From Lama glama (taxonomy: Eukaryota), in the NCBI GenBank assembly GCA_028534125.1, contig CM052816.1:67086001-67150000 (forward strand): 64,000 nucleotides of DNA. Direction: 5' to 3'. Below, piece by piece: positions 27,224 to 40,200 of the stretch. The notes below the pieces were generated by a model. It made no database searches. It worked only from the letters and a program-made list of their open reading frames with translations, and was not told where the DNA came from. A program made the position numbers and the translations under genes. Position 1 is the stretch's first letter, and every line of letters starts with the position of its first letter.

Positions 27224-28240
27224 CATTCCATTCAGGGGTCTCCCTGTAATGTGATTCCTTTGGAGGTGGAACAGCAATGTTCTGCTCTTTCATAGGACAC
27301 AAATGTTAATTAAGCCCTCATTGTGCACAGAGCACTAGTAAAGGAAAATGAACAGTGTGACCCAGTCCTTGTCTTCAGGTCCTAAATCGTGTGGGAAGAG
27401 ACACCATCTATGCAGCAAATGATGAAAAAAAAGGAAAAGATCTTGAGCTGAGTGTCAGAGAAACAGAGATCATAAGAAAAAGATATGGTTAGAGTGGGAA
27501 GAGAGGAAGAATGGCTAGAGAACTGGAGGATGAGTAGATTAGGGCATGGGGCACAAGTGAATATGGTGCTTGTTTAGGGTGAACAATACATATACACATT
27601 TTTTAGATCTTTAAACATTTTTATTAAATGAGAATATATATTTAAGTAGAAAAGATTAGAAAGGCAGATAAAAAAAGAGGAAACTAGAGACGTTGTTAAT
27701 ACTCTGTATAGATATTGTAATGTCTATGGATGTATGTATATGTATAAATGTCAACATTGCCTATAATATAATCTTAGAGCCTTTTTCAGTGAGCAATATA
27801 CTATGAATATATTTTCATGTCTGTAAATATGCAGATTATCATTCTCATTTTTGTATAGTCTTCCTTTGTATTAATGTATAGCATGAACAATATTGAAACG
27901 ATTTCTCAAAGGACAGTAAAAAAGATGTAGTAGATAAGCTGAGGAGAGCTTAAAGGACAGCAGGTCTTGTATACCAGGCTAAGAAATAAAGGGCTTTTCC
28001 TTATCCTTATTCTTGGGCTACATGGGAGCCATGCAGTGGTTTGAACTAGGGTCTAACATGTGTGACTCAATGGGATTCAAGAGATCTATATAAAACAGCT
28101 CAAGAATAGGACACACTTTATAGCCAGATGCTGAACAATATCATGCAAAATAATTACTATAGTAATTCAGCTTCAAGAGCCCTCCATCACGGGCTGGCTT
28201 TGTCAAGAGAAGCTTTATGTTAGTGTGATTTGTACCTTGA

Positions 28241-28316
28241 TGTATATGTGTGTGTGTGTGTGTTTGTATTTGATGTGTATATATACATATATATGCATAC
28301 ATACACATATATATAA
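28241..28316. repeat. (TG)n/(TA)n/(CATA)n low-complexity tract next to the L1 tail
   Basis: Seen directly. Confidence 0.9.
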
Positions 28317-30930
28317 TTTTTTTAATTGAAATAAAATTGATGTGCAGTATTATATGTTATGAGTGTACAATATAGAGATTCACAATTTTTAAAGGTTATA
28401 CTCTATTTGTAGTTATAAAACAGTGGCTATATTCCCTGTGCTGTACGATATAGCCTTGTAGCTTATTTTATATATAATAGGTTGTACTTCTTAATCCCAT
28501 AACCCTGTGTTACTCCTCTCTCCTTCCCTTTTTCCACTGGTAACCACTAGTTTGTTCTCTGAATCTGTGAGTCTGCATTTTTGTTAGATTCACTAGTTAG
28601 CTGTATTTTTTAGATTCCACATATAAACAATGTCATACAGTATTTGTTGGTCTCTATCTAACTTATTTCACTTAATACCCTCAAAGTCCATCCACGTTGC
28701 TGCAAATGGCAAAATTTCACTCTTTTATTGCTGAGTAGTATTCCATCATATATATGAACCGCATCTTCTCTATCCATTAATCTGTTGATGGACACTTAGG
28801 TTGCTTCCGTATCTTGGCAATTGTAAACAGTGCTGCTATGAACACTAGGGTGCATGTATCTTTTCAAATTAGTGGGGGGGGGGTTCCCCATATACACCAA
28901 GGAGTGGAATTGCTGGGTCATATGGTAGTTCTATTTTTAGTTTTTTGAGAAACCTCCATACTGTTTTGCACAGTGGCTGCACCAATTTACATTCCCAACA
29001 ACAGCGTAGGAGGGTTCCCTTTTCTCCACATCCTCACCAACGTTTGTTATTTGTGTTCTTTTTGATGATGGCCATTCTGACAGGTGTGAGGTGATATCTC
29101 ATTATGGTTCTGACTTGCATTTCCCTGATGATAAGCATTGCTGAGAGTCTTTTCATGTGCCTGCTAGCTATCTGCATTTCCTCTTTGGAAAAATGTCTAT
29201 TTGGGTCTTCTGCCCATTTTTTAATCAGATTGGTTTTTTTGGTGTTGAGTTGTATGAGCTGTTTATATATGTTGCATATTAACCCTTTGTCAGTCAAATC
29301 ATTTGCAAATATTTCTCCCATTCAGTAGATGGTTTCCTATGCTGTGCAAAAACTTTTAAGTTTAATTAGTTCCCATTGGTTTATTTTTGCTTTTATTTTC
29401 ATCATAAATGGGTGTTGAATTTTATCAAAAGCTTTTTCTGCATCTATTGAGATAATCATATAGTTTTTATTCTTCAATTTGTTCATGTGGTGCATTGCAT
29501 TGATTGATGTACAGATGTTGAAAAATCCTTGCATCCCTGGGATAAATCCCACTTCATCGTGGTGTATGATCCTTCTAATGTATTGTTGAGGTGGGTTTGC
29601 TAGTATTTTGTTGAGGATTTCTGCATCTATGTTCATAAGTGATTCTGGCCTGTAATTTTCTTTTTTCATGATACCTTTGTCTGGTTTTGGTATCAAGGTG
29701 ATGGTGGCCTCACAGAATGAGTTCAGAAGTTTTCCTTCCTCTGCAATTTTTTGGAATAGTTTCAGAAGGATAGGTGTTAACTCTTCTCTAAACGTTTGGT
29801 AGAATTTACTTGTGAAGCCATCTGGTCCTGGACTCTGTTTTGGGGAGTTTTTTAAATTACTGATTCAATTTCAGTACTGTTCATTGGTCAAGTCATATTT
29901 TCTATTTCTTTCTGGTTCAGTCTTGGGAGATTGTACCTTTCTAAGAATTTGTCCATTTTTTTCTAGCCGGTTCTTGTTGGTGTATAGTTGTCCATAGTAG
30001 TCTCTTATGATCCCTTGTATTTCTATGGTATTGGTTGTAACTTCTCCTTTTTGATTTTTGATTTTATTGACTTGATCCTTCTCCCATTTTTTCTTGATGA
30101 GTCTGGCTAAACATTCATCGATTTTGCTTATCTTTTCAAAGAATCAGCTTTCAGTTTCATTGATCTTTTCTGTTGTCTTTTTAGTCTCTATTTCATTCTT
30201 CTGGTTGACGGGACCAGGTCATGAGGCAGTTACCTGTAGAACCCCAGGGGCCCCAGGGCTAGTGCTGGCTCACTGTTGGGTGGAGTAAAGTTCCAGAAGA
30301 CTCCAGGGTTTTTGCCTGCCCACTGGTGGGTGACACTAGGTCCTAGGGTTAGTGTCAGACTACTGGCAGGCAGAGCCAAGTCCCGAAGTCTGGTTGCAGG
30401 GCCCAGCAATCCCAGAACTGGTGTCAGATCACTGTTGAGAGAGTTGAAGCCAGTTCCCGCACAGTTGGGTACAGGGTCCAGGATGTCCCAGTGCTTGTAC
30501 TGGTCTGCTAGTGGGCAGGGCCAGGACCCAGCTGGTCCCCAAGTAGGGTCTGGTCTGCTGTGGGTAGGCCACATCTGCAGTTTCTGCAATTGTGGTTTTC
30601 TTGCATCTGGTATCTGCCCACTGGTGGGTGAGGCTGGTCCCAAGGCTAGAGAAGGCTTCATGGAGGGCATGGCCAATGCCTGCCCACTGGTAGGTAGAAC
30701 TGGGTCCTGACCCTCTGGTGAGCAGGGCCACATCTAGAGGTGTCTAGAGGTGGCTGTGGGCTTAAGAAGTCTTTAGGCAGCCTGTCCACTGATGGGTGGG
30801 GCTGTGTCTTTAGTTGTAGAAGGTCTTTTCTGGTAGAGTTTGGGCTTTTTCATTGATGGCTGTTCTGCAAATAGTTGTGATTCTTATGACAGAAGGTGAG
30901 CTCAGAGTCTTTCTACTCTACCATCTTCTC
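28317..30930 (-). mobile_element. Internally deleted L1: 5'UTR (~30930-30198), mid ORF2 (~30197-29401), ORF2 C-terminus and 3'UTR (~29400-28317)
   Basis: ORF track gives L1 ORF2 peptides IPKPDK...ENYRP...[12 protein letters not shown]...[13 protein letters not shown] and [15 protein letters not shown]. 5' terminus gagaagatggtagagtagaaagac resembles the L1 start. Poly-T at 28317. Confidence 0.9.
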
Positions 30931-31450
30931 CCTATATTCCGTTTCCATACATTGATTTTTGTAAATGGAGCTGTTACATTGTATTTTTTTCATTTTCTAT
31001 GAGTAAAGAAGATGTTTCAGAGAGCTAGCCACATGAGTAATTCAATCAATGGTTATTCTAAAGTAGTTTTTAAATTTTAATATATATATGAATTACTTTG
31101 GGTTCTTGTTAAAATGTAGGTCCTGACTTGTAGATTGGGAGGGCCAAATAATTTTGCTTCTGTACAAATTTCCAGGTGATATGAGTGAAGTTATTGGGTC
31201 TATAACTGATCCATACCTCCATTCCAGTTAGAGTGACACTGATAGATATCAACACACTCACTGGTCTAGCAGGCAACCAGGTAACCAAAGGAAACAACTG
31301 GTATCAACCAATAAAGATAGCTAAAATGAATTTATTGACCACCCTTTAATCATCTTGGTCCAACAGATACAATTTCTAAGAGAAGAATCTCCAGGATAGT
31401 TTTATAAAAATCACACATAAAACATGTGTGCATTCTCTCTCTTCCCCTTC

Positions 31451-31454
<4 letters not shown>

Positions 31455-31487
<33 letters not shown>
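31455..31487. repeat. (AC)n microsatellite at the 3' end of an MLT2-like LTR remnant
   Basis: Followed by tattagttctgtttctctggagaacc, the MLT2 3' terminus. Confidence 0.8.
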
Positions 31488-31488
<1 letters not shown>

Positions 31489-32099
31489 TATTAGTTCTGT
31501 TTCTCTGGAGAACCTCAATATACCTATCTATGAAAAACTGGGGTTTGCTATGGTTTTGACACTTCTAACACTCATATTTTTAATTCTTCCCTTAGGTTTA
31601 GCCTTTAAACATACCCCAGAGACAATGTCTCAGTGCAGAGATAATAAGCTTTAAGTCAGGGATTCACAGGGTAACCACATTATCAACTTGTTAGGATCTT
31701 CAATGCCTCGTACCTATACTCTTGGACTATTTCCAGACAGTCAAGTCCCTTTAAGTCCTACCCTTTCTCAAGGACTGGCATTCCTACCCTTGAAGGTCAG
31801 TCTCAAATGACTAAAGGCAGCTGACAGATTCCTGTGCCTACTGCTGGAGCCTCTGTGCTTCACCTTGATCTTGGGCTCATTTTCAAACTTTGACAGTGGT
31901 GTTTGCATGTTGCTTGTCCTCTGTCTTCCTAGATTGATCTTACAGATGTGGAACTGGGATCTGAGATCAGTTACCAAATCCTGGCCTAATCATATTTTTC
32001 AGCAGCTGGGTTTCATCAAACTCTTGGAGGTCTCTCTTTATGTGTGTTATAGCCAACCCACAACTATCCTAAGCCTACTTCTGACTGAGACAAACACAC

Positions 32100-32570
32100 C
32101 CAATGCACCATCTGGCCCCTGACTATTCCCCAGCTTCCTTCACCACCAATTCTCTCACCTGCACTCCAGGCCTCATGAACCCCACCCCACGAACACACCT
32201 TGCCCTCGTGCCCCCCATGAGTCTAACTAGTCCCTGTACATCCTGGCTCCTTTCATCATTGCTGGCCTGTGAACATGCTCTTCTCTGCCTGGAATAAGCT
32301 GCTTTCACTGCTGTAATACCCACTGACCCTTGAAGAACCTGTCCAAACTGCTGCCATCCTCAGGTCATCATTGACCCTCCTAAGTGTCAGTTATTCTTTC
32401 CTCCACCACTTTGTTTGTATCTCTTCAGAGTGCATACTCTGAAGTAGTAGTATTATCTCCTTACATGTTGCTTCCTCCAATAAACTGTGAGTCCCTTGAG
32501 GGCAAAAACTAATTCTTTCTTATTCTTGTGATCCATGAGACTACTAGAGTACTTATCACCAGCAGAGCTT
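32100..32570 (+). mobile_element. L2 fragment
   Basis: catctggcccctgact...catgctcttctctgcctggaat...aaactgtgagtcccttgagggca. Confidence 0.6.
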
Positions 32571-33476
32571 AGTTCTCTTTTGATCCAATTATTGATTAAC
32601 AATTCTGGGCAAAGAATATCTTGTATTCATTCAACAACCATCACCCTGGAAGAAGTCATTGTGACATTAAATTAAATTATTTTTTTTTCAGGTATCAATT
32701 TTTAAGTATAAATTGGCTGCCTACCAGAACTCAAGTGAATTATAAATGTAGATGTAGAGGACAAATGCTTTATCCTAAATTTACCCTGTGTGCCAGAAAT
32801 AGCAACTACTAGAAAGAAAATGTCCAACAAGCTTATCTCCAACCTCAAACTTAAAGTTCTGTGGTTCAAAGGTTGAAGAATGATTAGAGAGCCAAAAAGT
32901 CCGTGGAAGCTGTACTGTACTATTTAGCAATTTCCTGAGTTCTTCATTGTTCCCTAGATGCAATGTCTTGCTTTCTCCACTAAATTTTAAGTTGCAGCCT
33001 TTCTGAGGTGCAAATTTTACTTCTACATTTTGGTTTCAGAATTGGCCTGTTTCTCAAGCAACAGAAACCATTTCTTAAGTGTCCTCTCTCCCTCCAACCA
33101 ACTACAGAGGGGCTATTTATCTCATATTTTTTGAATGACAAACTAACAAAGCAAAATCTGTATTAAGCTGTATAGCCATGAGAAATCATAATTTTCTCAC
33201 TCCTCCTTTATTTGAAGCAACAAAATGATCAAGCATGGATTTTGTTGTCACTGAGAAAGCTTCGCAGGAAAGTATGGACAAAATTTTCCAATTCAAAGTA
33301 AACTCAGCTTTCCCAGAAAAGTGGAGGCTCAACCAAAGACAGTAAAGTTCATGACCTTGGCAGATAAAGTTGAGTCAGTTCTATCAAGGCTGAGCACTTT
33401 ATACTAAATGACCCTCATAACCAGCTTACTGACAGTAAGATCTGGGGAATGTTATAATCTCTCAACTCTTCTTTGA

Positions 33477-33972
33477 TGTCATACAAAATATTACAGATGC
33501 TGCCTCCCAATGAACCACACAGCCCACATCTATGTCTTTGTGGAGTCCCCTCCTTTGGAATTTGGGCTGGCCTGTGATTTGTTTAATACAATATGGAGCA
33601 GATCAGCTGAGGTTTGGTCAAAAGAAACTCTGTGAGCTTCTGCCTGGAGTCCTGAGCAACCATGTAAGTCTGAACCCCCAGGGACCACCATGATGGGGAC
33701 AGCACATGTAGGCATTCAGGGCGACAGTTCCAGATAAACCCAACTGTCCAGTCATCCTAGTTCAGGCACCAGACATGGGAGTGGAGAAACCACCCAGGCA
33801 TCCAAGTCACATTTGCAGATGGCTTCAGCTTAGCTGACAACTGGATGTGACCACATGAGAGATCTCAAAGTAAGAACTAGTCAAATCAAAACCATAAGAA
33901 ATAATCTCAAGTTATCATGTAGGGCATTAAGTTCTGAGGTGGTTTGTTATGTGGCTATAAATAACTGGAACA
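33477..33972 (+). mobile_element. MaLR LTR (MLT1H-like)
   Basis: gggctggcctgtgatttgttt...3' end gtggtttgttatgtggctataaataactggaaca. Confidence 0.75.
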
Positions 33973-35139
33973 CTGGAACCAGGGAGAAGCATATGAAGAG
34001 CTCAGAAACAAGACCTGATATAGGAATTTTAAATTACTGAGTATCTGGACATGTGGCAAGCTGAAAAAGGCTTCCTCTACTAAGACCTGGGTCTTTGGCC
34101 TCTAAAAAGAGAAATCATATTTGAAGATGCCTTTCATTTTGACAGATTATCCTTATAGGTATACTTAATTTTACTACTCCTTGTCACTGGGTAGTAAAGA
34201 ATTCTACCCATTTTATCACTTGGGGCAATAAGATAGAACCCCAGTGTCCCCTGAGACTGCAGAAAACAGTCAAAGAGAGGACCCCCATTCCCTTCCAGGC
34301 TGGGAGTCAGGACAAGGGGAATTGTCAGCCCACTTCTGATGGCAGGTGAGCCAGCAAGTGGATTTCTTCTCTTCCTTTTCCCTTCTGTAAACTAGCAAGA
34401 AAATGACATGGCCAGGAGCATGATAGTGCCCTGGAGGTGAAGACACCATGTGAGGATGAGTCTGCAGAATGTAGCTTTGTCCCTCTGCTCTACAAAGCTT
34501 GTGATCACACTTATCCAGCAGTGATTTAGCCAGTCTGTTTTCTGTGAAGGAACCCACTCAATGCAATGGGTGCAGATGCAATGACAATTAAAACTGAATT
34601 ACATTACCAATCCTAATGGCAACTAAGTAGGTGCGATGAGGGCCTCTCATGTTTGAGGAGGAGGAGATTTTACATGTGCACACACTTATGCTACAGATCT
34701 CATTAAGTGAGTTAAAAGACAGAGGCCTGGGCTTCCCAGGTGACTGCTGCCTTTACTTCTTGTCACTCCAGAGTGCTGCCCTTCAATGCAAGAACCATGT
34801 GAATTGGAGATAGTACGGCTCCTTGGCCACAGAATTACACAATCAGAACGCTGGATCCGTTTTCTTGTATGAACCTGATGTAATCATGGGTTTTCTTGTT
34901 TCTCTCCTCAACCTCCTTGGTCTTACTTCTGAATCCCCAACTCTAAGTGCAAGGCCTGGCAAACATAGGTATTTAATAAGTATTTGTTAGGAGAAAGACT
35001 GGAAGCAACACAAGAGGAGCCAGATTAGATGAGTGGGTCAGGAAATTTACATAAAATATTTATTATGTATCTACATCTCAATCTACTATGTTTCCTCTCT
35101 GGTATCATACAGGTGATATTTTAAAGGCAAACTAATATT

Positions 35140-35275
35140 CTAACTATGTTAAAAAAACTTATTATGGTGACCATTTTGCAACATATACAAATATTGACTT
35201 ATTATGTTGTACAACTGAAACTAATATACTATTATATGTTAACTGCACTTCAATCTAAAAAATAATAAAAATAAA
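35140..35275 (+). mobile_element. L1 (L1MA-type) 3' end fragment
   Basis: tggtgaccattttgcaacatatacaaatatt...tgttgtacaactgaaactaatata...A-rich tail. Confidence 0.75.
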
Positions 35276-35853
35276 GCCAAACAAGATCTTAGCCAGTGCT
35301 TGATTGCCCAAATCTTGCACAAAGAATGTCACACTCCAGATCCAGTTCAAGCCAGATCCTGAGTCAATGAGAACCAGACCTGGTGATCAATTTAGGGCCC
35401 ATCGTCACTATGTTTTGGGCTCTCAAATCAGTCTTGGGGCCTTATGTATGATAGGCTACTACATTTCCCTAAAGATACATAGCTCTTCCCTAAACTTAGG
35501 GGTTTCTAACATTTCCACAATATTTTTTTCCAAATTATTTTAATGCAAAACCCCAAATATAAACAACTAAAGGGAGGGCTAAAATACAGATGGGGAGCCA
35601 AAGCAGTGTCTACTCAGCCTCTCTCTGACTCCTCTGAGATAATTCTGAAGGATCCTAAGTAAATTAATACCTTGAAACTACTTAGTAAATCAGGAACTCT
35701 AGTTCAGTTTTTGTCACTGAGGTTTACACTCACCCTGTGACCTCAGGCCATTTGGTTGGCAAGACCTGGGGTCTCCCCAGAGTTCCAATTCAACCCTAGA
35801 CTCATAGCACAAGAAGCCACCTGGCCATGAATGTTACCATTGCACTGTCCTCT

Positions 35854-35968
35854 TTTAATTTTATATATATATATTTTTTTAACTGAAGGATAGTAAGTTT
35901 ATAATGTTGTATTAATTTCTTGTGTGCAGCATATTGCTTAAGTCATACATGAACATACATATATTTGA
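35854..35968 (-). mobile_element. Young L1 extreme 3' end, joined to the SINE tail
   Basis: aactgaaggatagtaagtttataatgttgtattaatttcttgtgtgcagcatattgcttaagtcatacatgaacatacatatatt is the reverse complement of the L1 end at 41140-41215. Confidence 0.85.
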
Positions 35969-36113
35969 ATTTTTAAATTTTTATTTATTTAATTTTTTTG
36001 GTGGGGGTAGGTAATCAGGTTGATTGATTGATTTTTAATGGGAGTACTGGGGATTGAACCCCGGACCTTGTGCATGCTAAGCATGCATTCTACCACTGAG
36101 CTATCCCTCCCCC
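35969..36113 (-). mobile_element. tRNA-derived SINE (Vic-1-like, camelid)
   Basis: Minus strand GGGGAGGGATAGCTCAGTGGTAGAATGCATGCTTAGCATGCACAAGGTCCGGGGTTCAATCCCCAGTAC with A and B boxes, then AT-rich tail. Confidence 0.9.
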
Positions 36114-36235
36114 TCATTGCATTGTCTTCTGTTGCCATGTCCTGCCCACCAGATCAACTCCCCCTTGTATGTTGATACCAGCCTGGGTCAGTCCTGATTT
36201 TACCACGTATTTTAGTCACAGTACTTATCAACTTC

Positions 36236-36833
36236 TACATTAATTTTCTATTTTTAGAGAACAAATTACTACAAACTTAATGGTTTAAAATAATGGATAT
36301 TTATTATTTCACCACTGCCATGGGTCAGGAACCAGGCATGTTTTAGCTGAGACATCTACTGAGAATCTCAAAAGGCTGACATCAAGGTGTCCCCTGGCTA
36401 CATCCTCACTTAGAGGCTCAATTAGGGAATAAGCTTCCAAGCTCCCTCAGGTTGTTGGCAGAATTAGTCTCCTTTGACTCTAGGACACGTTCCATTCTCT
36501 TGCCAGCTGTTGGCGGGGCACCACCCTCAGCTCCTATAAGCCTCTCTCAGGTTTTGGCCACACAGCTCCTCCCATGTCAGCGTCAGATTCCTTTCACACT
36601 TCAGATCTCTCTCACTTCCTATTCTGCTATCAGCTAGAGAAAATTCTCTGCTCATAAATGGTTCTTTTGATTAGGTTAGGCCCACCCAAATAATTACTCT
36701 CCCGGCCAACTCATCAAGATGTAACTTTAATTACATCTGGAAAGTCCCCTTTACCATGGAATGTAGCATAATCATGGGAGTAACACCAGGAGGCAGAGGT
36801 CACAGGGGCCATCTTGGGATCCTGCCTACCACA
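36236..36833 (-). mobile_element. MaLR LTR (MLT1E-like), near complete
   Basis: aacaaattactacaaacttaatggtttaaaa...ctcaggttgttggcagaatt...ggggccatcttgggatcctgcctaccaca. Confidence 0.8.
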
Positions 36834-36875
36834 CCCTCTTACACACCCACTCCACATATTCCTGGACTGTTCCTC

Positions 36876-37295
36876 TGTATTGGTCAGAAAAATTCATTGT
36901 TGTAACAAATAAACTTCAAAATCTTGGCCTCGCACGATACAGGTTTACTTCCTTCTCATGTCAGAGTCCTTCTAGGTCAGCAGGGGCCCTGCTGCACATT
37001 GTGATCTAGAATCTCAGGTTCCTTGGCTCTAGTGGCTGTGTCTTCCTTAGGGCCCAGAGTTCTCCACTGGATCTTTTGTATTCTTCTGGCAGATGAGGGA
37101 AGGGAGAGCATGAGGGAGATTTTGAGGGAATATGTAGGCCAGGCCTGGAAGTGGCCTGCGTGATTTGCACTCACATCCCATCAGCCAGAACCAGTAACGT
37201 GGTTGTCACCACTTGTAGGCATATATGGGAAATGTAGTCTATGTGTCAAGAAGAAAAGGGAAACAGTTGGTGAAGAACTAGTCCCCTCTCTGCCT
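36876..37295 (-). mobile_element. MaLR LTR (MLT1K-like)
   Basis: ggccaggcctggaagtggc...ctcacatcccatcagccagaac...gggaaatgtagtct...ttggtgaagaactag. Confidence 0.7.
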
Positions 37296-40200
37296 AACTT
37301 TCTAGAGCTCAGTATACTTCCTGGACTTGAAAGAGGGCAAATGCTTATCTTTCTTTACTGCAAAGCCCATTCCTTCCCCTACCTGTCCCCGGTGGGGGGA
37401 GAAAATTTGGTTTCTGAATTGTTTCATTGCAAATACAGAATTTAAAATAATGACAGTGTCAACTTACCTATCTTCTGATGCCAATCTTTCAGTAATTTTA
37501 GGTTCCAAGTAAACCTTCATCAAGTATTTATTATATCAAAATGCAAAAACTTCATTCTCATCATAATTAGAAGTTTTGCAATTAACATGTAACAAATCTG
37601 ATTAGAATGTTGAAAATTCAAAAAAGGCATGGCTTAGAAAGTGATGTGAAAAGAGACGGACATACACATATTTGTTTTATGTAGTTAAGCCAGATGTACC
37701 CCTTTTTCTACTATCAAGGAAGTTCCTGTTCACTCTCAAAAACGCCTTCTAAAGTCATTCTTTCAGAGACTTTCTGGTGTGACTGAGTTTTATTCTGTAA
37801 GCTGTAAGAAAACAATTTGTTATCTGTGGAGAGTTGCAGTTCCTGTCCTGGATCAAGAAGAATATGCATTCCAATTCTGAGCAAGATCTAAGGGTAGTTT
37901 TAAATTTCACCTTGAGCAGGAAAATTATTCTGTTCTTGCCTGCCCTAAAAGGTGATAAGGGGAAAAAGTTTAAAACACGCTAGAAGACCCTGAAACACCT
38001 GGAACTTGGGATATCCAAGGTTTTAGACATCTTGAAGTCTTTACCTTCATATTTCAAAGGATTAGTTAAGTGGTTATTTATGTACACATCACTTTTCACA
38101 TCAGTCCTTGTTCATTTACCACCTGCTCACTTGTCCTATTTAATTTCACTGTTCCATGACTTGATATAGAGATTCTTACATGCATGTTTAATCAGTTCCC
38201 AAAGCCTCGCTTGTTTTTCAAATTACCCCCCATCTGCGTGATACAGCATCTTTGAGGGTAGAAAAGCAAGGAGACTGAGAACTACCTTCCAAGTCTCTTC
38301 AGTGGGAGGAAAGCATGAGGTCAGAAATGTCAGGAGGAGCAGACTGAGCTCTCCCACGGATCAGGCAGAGATTTGTGGGAAGGGTGTTTTTTCAGACTGT
38401 TTAAAGGCTTCCTTGTGTGGTTCCTCTGTAATGCGAAAAGGCGTGAGAGGCTGATTAAGCCTTTGTGGCAAAAATGAAGCATCATTTCCTACTTGGGCAA
38501 GATATGTTTTCTTTGAATCAAAATTTTTGAACAATGCAAAATCAAGGCTCCATGCTCCTTGAGATCAAATCTAAAGTAAAAATGGTAGAAGGCAGAAGAG
38601 ATAAGGAGAACAATATGTCAAAGCAGATACTTTGCCCATGGCTGGTTTAAACTCGGGTACCAGCCCCACACTGCAATCCCTTCTGCACCTCTTATCTCCC
38701 AAATTGGTAATTTTGGAAGACTGTTTAGAACTAAAACTCTCAAAGATACTTTTTTTTCTGTGAGTTATTCTTACCATCATTTTCTGTAAGTTCACTGTGT
38801 AATGCTGTGCAGTCTCCATATCCAACCTACTAGCCTGTTAAGCATAGAAGAATCAAGAAAATCAAAGCCTGAGTGGAATACACACACTTAACAGAGACCC
38901 AACAGACACAGTTTAGTCTCTAAAACACTGAATTTTAAAGAAAGAAAAGACAGTGGCCCATATTCCACTAAGGCTGACTCATATCAAACATTTTGGGGAT
39001 GTGACCTGTTTATAATCTATGCCATTTCATTAATCCTTATTTGTTTAGAAGTAGTTATCTTCTGGGTGCCATAGCCTGAAGATTTATCTGTGTTAAATAT
39101 GAAACGCATGCTCTGAGCTACCAAGCCAGCAAATTACTCTGCTCTCCTTTCACCATTTCTTTTCTGAATACAGATAGTGCCACCAAAGACCCCCAGTGAA
39201 AGACTGTGAGGTTAATAACCAGTCAAGCTCCTGCTATCCTAGCTTAAGATGAAGATGCCACAAATGAAATACATTCATTCAGATGTTCAGGATGCAGTGC
39301 CTAGATGCATTTTTTATTAGGTTTAATGTGTTTTTATCAGGTCATCCACCGAAATGATAAAAGGAAGAGATTTTGTCATGCAGGTTAATAGCACTGGCTA
39401 TTCGTATATGATGAAAAAGTTGTGATTCTCCAGCTGTATAATTTTCATTTATGGAAAAAGCCTATAGAGGGCAAGGTCTACCAAAGTTCAGGGGCTTCAA
39501 AACAAGCTGACTGTCTGAGTTGTAAATTGTATTGACCCTGCATTACTAAATTGTTTTCAGTGGAGACTGGCTCTCTGAATCTCAGGATGGTGCCCTGCAA
39601 GTTACAACAAGCTCCAGGATGCCTCCAGCTCTCCAGGGTATGAAGAAGACGTACACTCCTACAGACATCTGCAACTGGAAGAAAACTGCAGGCACTGACC
39701 ATTCTTGTGTCTGTGCCCCTTTCCACAGCAGGGAAACAGTTTGATGCCAGTTTTCTTTCTTCTAACCAAATCTGCACCCCCTGCAACCCACCCTCTCCTC
39801 CCCCTTCCCTAGGTTTATTCCTCTTCCTTTGCCTATGTGGCAAATGTGATATGATAGGTCTGGGGTGCTTGAGCCAGTCAACTGATTCAGCAGGAGATGA
39901 CAGTTGGTTCATATTATTCTACTCTTCAATGAAGAACAAACATGAATAAAAATGATTGCAAAGAGCTGTGAAAATTTAAAATGCTCCAAAATGCTGAGTC
40001 CACTCAAAATAATGATATAATCATAAAAAAGGCAAATGGAAATTTCATTGCCAGGACAAGGCCCGGGTGAAGGCACTCTAATGCTTTAAAATTATCAATA
40101 CACTTCCATGTGGTTCTACTCACAGCTTTGTTAACCTCAAGGTGAAGAAACAAAATTATATGTTTGTATAAATTCTGTTTAGCACTTAAATAAACTTCAA

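Noticed and set aside
30230..30733. Longest ORF (167 aa) and overlapping ORFs
   Set aside because: They lie in the GC-rich repetitive L1 5'UTR, where stops are rare. No recognisable protein.
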